This document shows, in pieces, positions 38,606-47,353 of a stretch of 64,000 nucleotides of DNA. The position numbers and the translations under genes were made by a program. This stretch comes from a bacterium (GTDB lineage Bacteria; Patescibacteriota; Saccharimonadia; Saccharimonadales; JAUPVS01), in the NCBI GenBank assembly GCA_029780855.1, contig JAKOXV010000018.1:118104-182103 (forward strand). Direction: 5' to 3'. Below the pieces are notes generated by a model. It was not told the origin of the DNA and ran no database searches. It saw nothing but the letters and a program-made list of their open reading frames with translations. Within the stretch, counting starts at the first letter, position 1. Every line of letters starts with the position of its first letter.

Positions 38606-39733
38606 TTACGCTTTCTGAAACGTGACGTATACGTATCGTGCTGCTGTCGCCCCCATAGCAAATGCTAGGGATATCACTCCTACCAACAAGGAGCCGCCAG
38701 TCGCTGGTAGTGTGGTAGGAACGGGGGGTGCTGGCTGTGCCGGAACCACTGCAACCGCTGGAGTAACAGGGGAGCAGACCGAAAGGCCAGCCCGAGCCAC
38801 CTTTTCGGGTATTTGGTCGGGGGAAACATGAACTGTATTAACATAGGTCTTACACGAACCTTCGGTCAGTCCGTCGTTCACCTTAACGCTAAACTCCACA
38901 ATCCTTGTTTGACCCTGCTTCAACGGACCCGTGTCTACCACGTTTCCGCCGATAAATGAATTCGCGTCTTGTTCCGTTCCGTCGATCAACGCTTTAGTAC
39001 TGGCCAATTCTAGGCCATCCGGCAATTCGTCTCTCAGAACGACCGCATTAAAATCTGTTTCTCCCGTATTGGTGATAGTAACTCTAAAATCAGCAGTTTG
39101 ACCCTCGCTAATCCTGGTAGTGTGCCGCCACGAATCATCCTTGAGGCGTACTTGCTTCTTAACACTAAAGGCTGGGTGCTTCTCTGTAGGCTGGGTCACC
39201 ACCACTGCCTTTGCTTTTACAGGGTTGCCGCATGATTTGATAACCGCAAACAGAAACTGACCATTTTCATCGGTTTTGACAAAAGCCTCCAGAGCGCCGT
39301 TGGGGTTTGCAAATGAAACACTGGGAGGTCGAGCATAGGCAGCCCCATCAGCAATTGGCACACTGCCCACTCCATTTCTAGACATGTTTGTTCTACCTGC
39401 AGTTATAGCCTCTGTTGCAATTACTTTCTGATTAACATACACAGTACCGTTTCCCGCTACCGCGCCGTCTACCATACCATCAAAATCTGCTGCGCTTTGA
39501 ATACCAAACACTGCAAAAATCGTTTGCACATTCCCTGCCTGATTTTCGTTGTATTTCTGCCGTAACTCCCCGATGCTATACGCGCCACAATTAATTACTG
39601 CGTTTGCATCACAATCCCTCGCCTGCGCAGAAACCGAATGGGGCAGCACAACCATAAGACTCGTAAGTAAGAAAAGTAGGGAGAGTACAAGTGAGCGCAT
39701 ATTTTTCAGTGTCTGGAATGGTAAAACAGTCAT
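38606..39733 (-). CDS. LPXTG-anchored surface protein with DUF11 repeat
   Basis: 375 aa. Signal peptide ending SVSAQA, DUF11-like VTITNTGETDFNAVVLRDELPDGLE, and C-terminal LPATGG plus TM plus basic tail. Confidence 0.85.
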   Translation of the reverse strand: MTVLPFQTLKNMRSLVLSLLFLLTSLMVVLPHSVSAQARDCDANAVINCGAYSIGELRQKYNENQAGNVQTIFAVFGIQSAADFDGMVDGAVAGNGTVYVNQKVIATEAITAGRTNMSRNGVGSVPIADGAAYARPPSVSFANPNGALEAFVKTDENGQFLFAVIKSCGNPVKAKAVVVTQPTEKHPAFSVKKQVRLKDDSWRHTTRISEGQTADFRVTITNTGETDFNAVVLRDELPDGLELASTKALIDGTEQDANSFIGGNVVDTGPLKQGQTRIVEFSVKVNDGLTEGSCKTYVNTVHVSPDQIPEKVARAGLSVCSPVTPAVAVVPAQPAPPVPTTLPATGGSLLVGVISLAFAMGATAARYVYVTFQKA

Positions 39734-39807
39734 AATCCCTCCGTATAGTGCTAGCTTCGTTATTTATCCTAGCAAGTCTTACCAATAATTCTATGAGGTA
39801 ATTCACA

Positions 39808-41991
39808 CTATGATGCGGGTGTTTTTGAAGTTGTGCTGGGGACTTTAAGTTTATCCTTCGGGAAACTGAAGCCAAACGTACTGCCATTGCCCTCCTGACT
39901 ATGGAAGATTAGCGCACCACCAGAGGCCACTATCACCTTTTTTGCCATGAACAAGCCGAGGCCAGTTCCGTCTGGACGAGCCTTTTTGGCGTTTCCTGCA
40001 CGATAGAACTTACTAAATAGATGGTGTTGCTCGGACTTTGGTACACCAATTCCGTCATCGTTCACCGTAAACTCAACCATTGAAGGAGTTTCATGGAGTT
40101 CAATTTTTATATGTCCTCCTGTTGGGGTGTAGTAGATAGCATTGTCGGAAAAATTCATTACTACCTGGCGTATTTTTGTTTCATCCAGCATCAGCATAGG
40201 GAACTCTTTAGGCTTATCAAACAGCAACTCCAGACCTCGTGCAGAAGCGGTGTCTTTGAGCTGCGCAATTTCACCCTCAACCAAATCTGCCAGATTAGTA
40301 GGTGTAGGCGTAATGATAAACTTCCCCGTCTTAAGTCGCGATACATTCAGTAGGTCAGCAATCAAGTACACCATACGTTGCGAGCTCACATATGCCTGTT
40401 CCAGTAGTTTTTTCTGCTGCACAGACACTTTTCCTACGTCTCCATCTAAGACCATAGAGACGTATCCTTTTACGCTAGTCAGTGGTGTTCTCAACTGGTG
40501 CGAAGCCATGCTGATGAAGTCATCTTTTGTCTCATCCAGCTGACGGAGCTTCTCATTAGTCCTCCGCAACTGCTTGGTTGCCTCGTCTACCTTTTCTTGT
40601 AGCGTAATGTTGAAGTTCTGGATTTCCTCAAACCTCAGCGCATTCTGCACAGCGATAACTAGCTCGTTAGCTATTATTTCTAGCATCCGAATGTCGGTAC
40701 TACTGTAGGTGTTACCGCTTTTTTTCGATCCGAAAAGTACGTACCCAATGGGGCTGGTCTTTTGGTGCACCGGTGCTGAGAGTGTGGCTAGCGCAGCAAC
40801 GTCGTTTTTTATGAGTAATTCTCTTACTTCGTCATCTTTTTGTAAGTAGTCGGTCAGGGTAACCTTTGTGCGGTGGTGAACTAACCTATCACACAAGATT
40901 GCGATTTCATCATTATTTATGCCATTCTTATTTTTTCCGATCATACGCATAGGTGAATACGTCGTTTCGTTAATACGGAACACCACAAACTCACACTTCA
41001 AGTTGTCGAGTAAAACCTGTTCGGAGTCCTTAAGTAGCTTATCCAGCTCGATATTTCGGGCTAACACACTATTGAGATTATCGATAAGATTCTGTGGGTC
41101 ATACGCGTCCTGAAAGAAGAAACGGTTCGTAATACGGTCAAAAAAGTTTTTAGTTTTCGGAAAAATAAGTGCCGTAATTAATGCGAAGCTAATGTAAAAA
41201 CCTCTTTGTACATTCGTTAAGCGCGCCTGCTGGTTGAAAACTCCCGACAAACCAAACACCAACAGACCATACACCAGTCCAACGCTCAAAAACGAAAGCA
41301 AATAAGCGAGTACCCGAGCGGTCGCAGCCCTGATGTCAAATAAGCGGTGCTTAACGATTGCATAGGCCATCGATCCGATAAATATTAAAGTAAAAGCTGG
41401 GCCAAATGGTATGAGGGCGGTGTACTGGAACAAAACTACAAGAAGGAAGTTAGCTAACAGTATTAAGCCGAATGTACCAGCAATTCCAACAAGAACTAAC
41501 CGCAGTTGATCCTTTTCCCTCCCCTTTGCCTTGTGATATTTCATTATCAGTCTAGTGATTCCGTTTCCAAGCAGTACGACAACCAAAATTGCAAAAAGCG
41601 GTATGGCGAAATTCGGCGAGGGATCGCCCTTTGCATCAAGCTTAAATACGAAAGACGTCTGCGTAAGAGCCATGACAATTAGCGTCGCAACAATGGCCAA
41701 CGTCCAATGTTTGCTTTTTGTAATATGCCTGGTTTCAGGAAAAACCGTGAACGTCAGGTACATTGATAGGCACAGAAATGCTGCGAAGAACAAAACTAAT
41801 CGAACCCAAACGATTTGAGAAAAATACGCTGGATGAACGGAGAAGTAATTAACGATCGACCACATCGTAAAACTGGTCGCAAGCACCAAAAAGAGACGGT
41901 TCGTAATGCTCTTTGGGTTCTTGATGTATACAACAAGCCCAAGCATCACGTTTAAAATACTGGATAAAATAAGTACCGCTAGCTCTATCAT
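39808..41991 (-). CDS. sensor histidine kinase with polytopic N-terminal membrane domain and GAF-like region
   Basis: 727 aa, about 8 TM helices. H-box SHQLRTPLT, N-box FSDNAIYYT, G-boxes DDGIGV and GTGLGL. Confidence 0.9.
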   Translation of the reverse strand: MIELAVLILSSILNVMLGLVVYIKNPKSITNRLFLVLATSFTMWSIVNYFSVHPAYFSQIVWVRLVLFFAAFLCLSMYLTFTVFPETRHITKSKHWTLAIVATLIVMALTQTSFVFKLDAKGDPSPNFAIPLFAILVVVLLGNGITRLIMKYHKAKGREKDQLRLVLVGIAGTFGLILLANFLLVVLFQYTALIPFGPAFTLIFIGSMAYAIVKHRLFDIRAATARVLAYLLSFLSVGLVYGLLVFGLSGVFNQQARLTNVQRGFYISFALITALIFPKTKNFFDRITNRFFFQDAYDPQNLIDNLNSVLARNIELDKLLKDSEQVLLDNLKCEFVVFRINETTYSPMRMIGKNKNGINNDEIAILCDRLVHHRTKVTLTDYLQKDDEVRELLIKNDVAALATLSAPVHQKTSPIGYVLFGSKKSGNTYSSTDIRMLEIIANELVIAVQNALRFEEIQNFNITLQEKVDEATKQLRRTNEKLRQLDETKDDFISMASHQLRTPLTSVKGYVSMVLDGDVGKVSVQQKKLLEQAYVSSQRMVYLIADLLNVSRLKTGKFIITPTPTNLADLVEGEIAQLKDTASARGLELLFDKPKEFPMLMLDETKIRQVVMNFSDNAIYYTPTGGHIKIELHETPSMVEFTVNDDGIGVPKSEQHHLFSKFYRAGNAKKARPDGTGLGLFMAKKVIVASGGALIFHSQEGNGSTFGFSFPKDKLKVPSTTSKTPAS

Positions 41992-42034
41992 GTGTGACGT
42001 AATGTTACGTAATCCTAATGCTTATTGTACATGC

Positions 42035-43462
42035 TTAGGACTTTTCTACCCACTTTTGCTTAACACCAGGCGCGAAGTATCGTGGATGTCCGTTCTCCCA
42101 CAATACGATCTGTACCACTTGCTTGCTTGATTTACTCTTTGAGATTTCTGAAAATTCCGAGCTTTTTGATTTAAGACTGGCGACTATCACCTTGTGGGCT
42201 AAGCCTTCCAAATGTTCAGACTTTTCAACACCCGGCTGTAGCTCTACATTGATTTGCAAGAACTGGTTATGATGAATGTCGTATTTGGTTGACATACTGA
42301 ACCGCTCGGTAAAGTATTCGGTCGCCTCAGGCATGAGCAAGCCCTCTTTTATAAACTCAGGATATATCAGAATACCGTGAAGTGTAGCTGATAAATCGGA
42401 TCGTTCGTACACGAACACGAATGGAGTTTTCCTTACCGTATGACCAATTCCAGCTTTTTCGATTTCTGACTGTAAATCAATACTATAGTGCTTGAGGATT
42501 CGCTCCATTTCAGCGTACTCAATAACACCACCGTTATCTCCAACGGCGTACTTTATGAGCGGCAGTGCAGAGTCGCCCGTAAGAAACACTTCGCCATTTT
42601 CTTCTTCAAATTCTATAAAATCAGGATTGTACTGAGCGAGCGTAGGCGTCTTTTCGTATTGCTTGAACACATCCATGAAAAGCATTGGATCTTGTATGAC
42701 CAGGCGGCGTGCCAAGATACTGACCGGAGTTTCATAAGCCATAGCTCCTATATCAGCCGTACCGTAGATGTTTAACGTATCTAGAACTGAACTGCGAACG
42801 CCAGCTTTTTTGCATACGTAGTTACGGAACGTTTCTGTGTATGCTTCCGCTGCAGAAAGTAGTCTGATTTGCAGTTTTTTTAGATCAATACCCTCATCTT
42901 CCACCTCATCAATAAGTTCTTTTAAGAACGGCGGGTAGCCTATTATCACTGTTTGCTCATACTGCGGAGCCAGGTCTTTTAAGGCTTTGATGATTTCAGC
43001 TTTATTATAGCCAACCGGCAAAATAGATATTGGGCGCTGCATTCTAGTCGCCGCCATTTCAAACGCTCGTAAGGTAATTACACCCCCGATCCAGACACCC
43101 ATTCCGAATCCTACCAACACCAGTGTAGGTCCGGACCCATAGGACGAATAGTTTAAGAAATCTTCAACAAGGTATGAATATTGTTCACTAAGTTTTTCAT
43201 TTCTTGGAAAGTAGTATGGCTTTCCGGTCGAACCCGATGTTGAACAAAACAGCATCATGTTGTTATAGTCATTTTCCCACACCAGATCTTTGAGTTGGTA
43301 GTTTACCAAGTAGCTTTTTTTGCTCGTGGGCGGGACTTTTGCAAAATCTTCCGGAGTCCGAATATCATTAGGATTTATACCATTACTACGCAAGAAGTCG
43401 GCATAGGCTGGTATTTGCTTGGCTGCTTTCTGAAATAAATCGATAGATTTTTGCGTTATCAT
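42035..43462 (-). CDS. adenylate-forming enzyme, phenylacetate-CoA ligase (PaaK)/F390-synthetase-like family
   Basis: 475 aa. AMP-binding P-loop-like STSGSTGKPYYFP and YGTADIG. Substrate unknown. Confidence 0.7.
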   Translation of the reverse strand: MITQKSIDLFQKAAKQIPAYADFLRSNGINPNDIRTPEDFAKVPPTSKKSYLVNYQLKDLVWENDYNNMMLFCSTSGSTGKPYYFPRNEKLSEQYSYLVEDFLNYSSYGSGPTLVLVGFGMGVWIGGVITLRAFEMAATRMQRPISILPVGYNKAEIIKALKDLAPQYEQTVIIGYPPFLKELIDEVEDEGIDLKKLQIRLLSAAEAYTETFRNYVCKKAGVRSSVLDTLNIYGTADIGAMAYETPVSILARRLVIQDPMLFMDVFKQYEKTPTLAQYNPDFIEFEEENGEVFLTGDSALPLIKYAVGDNGGVIEYAEMERILKHYSIDLQSEIEKAGIGHTVRKTPFVFVYERSDLSATLHGILIYPEFIKEGLLMPEATEYFTERFSMSTKYDIHHNQFLQINVELQPGVEKSEHLEGLAHKVIVASLKSKSSEFSEISKSKSSKQVVQIVLWENGHPRYFAPGVKQKWVEKS

Positions 43463-43463
43463 G

Positions 43464-44507
43464 CTATTTACTCATCCTCTCTTCGGCTATCATATCAGCC
43501 ACAAGATGCGTGGGCTTATTTTCTGTTTTTGAACGCCCAAAAATATCGCTCAAAGTTTTTTGAATCGCATCGGTCCGCTCTATGACCCGTTCCTTACTAA
43601 ACCCACCCGGTTCGAGTTCGTCAGCTACATAAATGAGCCCACCAGCGTTTGCGATATAGTCGGGAGCATACAGTATTCTCTTTGAGAATAATTTGTCACC
43701 GGCGCTGTTGTTTGGCAACTGGTTATTTGCGCCTCCAACAACGGCTTTACAGCGTAGCGCTTCTATAACTTCATCAGAAAATTCATTCCCTAACGCACAT
43801 GGCGCATAGATATCTACCACTTGAGCATGAATCTCCTGTAGCGGTACCGCAATACTTCCCGGCACTTGTTCGGAGACTTTCTTTACTTGGGCGTCGTCAA
43901 TATCAGCAATGTACACCTCAGCTCCAGCCTCGCGCAATAATCGAGCTAATTCCCCGCCTAATTTACCGACGCCTTTGATGGCTATTTTCCTGTCGGCAAA
44001 GGTATCACTTCCGTATAGTTCTTGTAGTGCTGCCTTCATGGAAGCAAACACTCCTCTGGCTGCGGTCTTGGCTGTAGTAAGGTCTCCCCTATCTGCCTCA
44101 ACCACCCCAAGCATATGCCTGGTGTCTTTAGACATATGGACTACATCCGCATCAAAAATCCCTACGTCCGTGCCAGTCTTAAACAAACCATTAAGCCGCT
44201 CTACCATCCGCGCATAAGCAGAGAGTACGCCATTTCTATCCATACCTTCTGAAGCGATAATCACGGCCTTACCCCCGCCGTAGGGAAGATTTGCTAATGC
44301 ACACTTGTAGCTCATGGCTCGGGAAAGATTAAGTACATCTTTTTCTGCTGCTTCTTCACTAGAATAGGGTTGCATCCTTGTTCCACCGAGCGCCGGTCCA
44401 CGGTTGGTATTATGAATTGCAATATAGCCGCGCAACCCTGTCTTTTCATCCGTTACGGCGACAACCATTTCGTGATTTTCGAACTCTGGATAGTCTCGTA
44501 CTGTCAT
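43464..44507 (-). CDS. Leu/Val/Phe dehydrogenase (Glu/Leu/Phe/Val dehydrogenase family)
   Basis: 347 aa. GGTRM, catalytic Lys region KCALANLPYGGGKAVI, and NAD fold IKGVGKLGGELA. Confidence 0.85.
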   Translation of the reverse strand: MTVRDYPEFENHEMVVAVTDEKTGLRGYIAIHNTNRGPALGGTRMQPYSSEEAAEKDVLNLSRAMSYKCALANLPYGGGKAVIIASEGMDRNGVLSAYARMVERLNGLFKTGTDVGIFDADVVHMSKDTRHMLGVVEADRGDLTTAKTAARGVFASMKAALQELYGSDTFADRKIAIKGVGKLGGELARLLREAGAEVYIADIDDAQVKKVSEQVPGSIAVPLQEIHAQVVDIYAPCALGNEFSDEVIEALRCKAVVGGANNQLPNNSAGDKLFSKRILYAPDYIANAGGLIYVADELEPGGFSKERVIERTDAIQKTLSDIFGRSKTENKPTHLVADMIAEERMSK

Positions 44508-44631
44508 TGTTTTGTGCTTACTTTCTATATGTTGGTTTTTAGCTTATTTCTTTATCAGTATACAATATCCTAAAGCTTGCAAATACTAGCATGTAATAAT
44601 TACAAAAATATTCATATATAATGACTACATC

Positions 44632-45600
44632 ATGCCGACTCAGACACTCACCCGCCAAGACGTCTTAGATATTCTGGAGATCGCTCGTTTTGCTCCGTCG
44701 GTTCATAATACCCAACCCTGGAAAGTAAGCTGGAGCGATACTAGCGTAACCGTCAGTCTAGACCCAGAACATTTGTTAAGCGATGGTGATCCAACCGGCC
44801 GAGAAACCATAATAAGCCTGGGAATATTTACAGAAGCAATAGTGATTGCGGCCAAGAAGTGCGGATTTGAAAGCAAGTCTGTCAGCTACAAAGACAAGTC
44901 ATCGGTAATTGTTTTAACAAAGAAATCCTCTACCCCTTCCGACTCCCAGACCGTTGCGTTACTTACACAACGCTGCACCGACAGGAGCATCTATACCCAC
45001 ACCGAAATAACCGCCACGACACCGGAAGATATAAAAAAATCCGGTCGCGAAAAAGATGTGTCCGTTTGGGTAACTACAGATGAAGCAACCATTCAAAAAA
45101 CAGCTCAGTTAACAAGCCAGGGAATTGGGGTTGCGCTTAGCTCACCAAACTTTCGGAAAGAACTTAGTAGCTACTTGGCAGAGCCATGGTCTCGGTCAAA
45201 TCGAGGAATATCGGTTAATAGCTTGTACATTCCCAAAATAATCGCGTATCTCGAGCCGATTTTTATGCGTCTAGGAATAGGTCTTGGTGCAGAAGTTAAA
45301 CTTGAGAAGCGACGTTGGCTATCAGCGAGCGGCATTGTGTTTATCGCTGCAAAAGGCGATATGCCCGAATACTGGTTCCAGGTTGGCCGCGATTATTTAC
45401 GGATTTCACTTCAGATAGAGCGCGCTGGTTTAAGCCAGGCTACTTCGGCAGCAACCGTAGAAGCATCCAATTTTCACGAAGATATTGAAGAAATGCTCGG
45501 GACAGATTATCGCCTACAATGCGTCATTCGGTTTGGTAATGGAAAAAAATCCAGAGCATACTCGCCGAGAATTAGTGCAGAAGCACTGTTATCTACATAG
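44632..45600 (+). CDS. Acg-family FMN-binding nitroreductase-like oxidoreductase
   Basis: 322 aa. ARFAPSVHNTQPW motif and double nitroreductase-like length, typical of the Acg/Rv2032 family. Confidence 0.75.
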   Translation: MPTQTLTRQDVLDILEIARFAPSVHNTQPWKVSWSDTSVTVSLDPEHLLSDGDPTGRETIISLGIFTEAIVIAAKKCGFESKSVSYKDKSSVIVLTKKSSTPSDSQTVALLTQRCTDRSIYTHTEITATTPEDIKKSGREKDVSVWVTTDEATIQKTAQLTSQGIGVALSSPNFRKELSSYLAEPWSRSNRGISVNSLYIPKIIAYLEPIFMRLGIGLGAEVKLEKRRWLSASGIVFIAAKGDMPEYWFQVGRDYLRISLQIERAGLSQATSAATVEASNFHEDIEEMLGTDYRLQCVIRFGNGKKSRAYSPRISAEALLST

Positions 45601-46840
45601 AACCGACAGCAGACTTTATAACCTTTGTGTGTTTCTTGTGGGCTTTTCGATAGTGACGCGTCTGGTGGTCAGAAAGCATTTCACGCTCCAAAGACATTAC
45701 GTACCTCCCTGACTTAAGAGGATTGCCCAAGGCAATATTTTTAGCCGCAAAGGCAATTACTCCACCGGTCATCATTACCGTAGAACCGAGCTGTGGATGA
45801 GTAACAATTGTTGTACCGATCTTGAGCAATGACTCTTGCATTTTGATGGTCATATTATGTGGATCAATGATATTCACCGCATGCTTCGTCCATTCCCGGT
45901 AATTTTCAATGTTGCCCTCTGCTAGCTTCTCAATTCCCGGAATCATATTGTGAAACAGGGGACGGTTAGGTTCTTGGTCAAAGCGCTCGACATCGAGCAT
46001 GACCGTATCGCCTAATTCGGTTGCCATTATTACGGGGATTTTCCGTTTTCGAGCTTCAATCCTTATGCGTACCTTCATCTCCAAATCGTCAATTTCATCA
46101 ATAGCTATCTTTGCTTTCCATGGAGCATCAAGTATTTCGCCTATATTATCGGAACCAACTTTGTTGAAATAGCGTATATCTGAATACGGATTCATTTCGT
46201 ATATTTGCCGGCCAATTACCAGTGCCTTACTTTTGCCCACACTCGTGACACCAGTTAATATCCGGTTCAGATTTGATCCACTAATTACGGCACCGTCCAC
46301 CAATTTTAAGCGTCTAGAGATACCCGTAATCCCTAGCGCCAGAGCGCCTGCACTCCCTACGCTCATACCAAATGAGACTGCGTCAAAATCAAATAATTTT
46401 TTCTGCTCATCAGCCAAAATTAAATCCCTATTCCGAATAGTGCGCAGGTCCTCGAAGTCTTTTTGTGCCAGTATATGAACGAGTTGATTTTTCCATGGGA
46501 AATATACCCACGTTCCTAGCCGCCACGGTTCTTTATTGTCGTAGTGTTCGTGTAGGAGCTTTTCTATTGAGGCCACCTGAACTTCATAGTTTGCTCTGTA
46601 TAGGTGAGCGTTTTTGCTCAGCAGTAGCTCTGCGTACTGTTCGTCATAGTTATCAACTATCTGTGCTGTTGGATTTTTCTTAACAATAGTCTCGAGCTGT
46701 TTTGATGCACTGCTCGCCGACATATCGATCAGTACCGGCCGTTCGCTCTTATCATCATCAACAAAAGCCTTAGCTTGTTTTTTCAGAAATGTTGGATACG
46801 TGTCGCTTGGATTCCTTAGTGAAAGTTTTTTATGTCCCAT
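45593..46840 (-). CDS. ThiF/E1-like adenylyltransferase family protein (Rv1355c N-terminal-like)
   Basis: 415 aa. Rossmann motif FGMSVGSAGALALGITG...LVDGAVISGSNLNR. Its 3' end overlaps the convergent Acg-like gene by 8 nt. Confidence 0.7.
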   Translation of the reverse strand: MGHKKLSLRNPSDTYPTFLKKQAKAFVDDDKSERPVLIDMSASSASKQLETIVKKNPTAQIVDNYDEQYAELLLSKNAHLYRANYEVQVASIEKLLHEHYDNKEPWRLGTWVYFPWKNQLVHILAQKDFEDLRTIRNRDLILADEQKKLFDFDAVSFGMSVGSAGALALGITGISRRLKLVDGAVISGSNLNRILTGVTSVGKSKALVIGRQIYEMNPYSDIRYFNKVGSDNIGEILDAPWKAKIAIDEIDDLEMKVRIRIEARKRKIPVIMATELGDTVMLDVERFDQEPNRPLFHNMIPGIEKLAEGNIENYREWTKHAVNIIDPHNMTIKMQESLLKIGTTIVTHPQLGSTVMMTGGVIAFAAKNIALGNPLKSGRYVMSLEREMLSDHQTRHYRKAHKKHTKVIKSAVGSM

Positions 46841-46962
46841 GTATAGCCTTTAGATTTTATTATTCTTCTACTATTCATAATACATTACTCTTGCGCTAGC
46901 TGCGTCTATGAGAATACGAAATCGCCATTGTGTTGCAATTAAGTTTTGCGTAACATTAGTAT

Positions 46963-47337
46963 ATGTCGGCCAAAATTGCGATCATAGAAGACGATCAAGC
47001 GATATCACAAATGTATCGCATAAAGTTTGAGGCGGAAGGATACACCGTAGAGACCGCCGAAAACGGTAAGTTGGGCCTTGAGCTCGCCGAAAACATGAAG
47101 CCCGACATCATTCTCCTTGACCTCATGATGCCGGAAATGAATGGAGATGAGGTACTGAAACGACTACGAAAGACCACCTGGGGTAAAAATACCAAGGTGG
47201 TCGTTTTAACTAATATGGGCGAACAGGAAATTCCTCCCTCCGTCCACGAGCAGGGTGTCGAGGCAGTAATTCTTAAAGCGGATATGACACCACGGCAGGT
47301 TGCTGACCTGGTTAAGAAACACCTGGGCGAAGCTTAA
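46963..47337 (+). CDS. single-domain response regulator (CheY-like receiver)
   Basis: 124 aa. Acidic pocket EDD, phospho-acceptor LLDLMMPEMNG, and conserved T/K (VLTN, LKAD). No output domain. Confidence 0.9.
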   Translation: MSAKIAIIEDDQAISQMYRIKFEAEGYTVETAENGKLGLELAENMKPDIILLDLMMPEMNGDEVLKRLRKTTWGKNTKVVVLTNMGEQEIPPSVHEQGVEAVILKADMTPRQVADLVKKHLGEA

Positions 47338-47353
47338 CTGTTACAATACTTTT

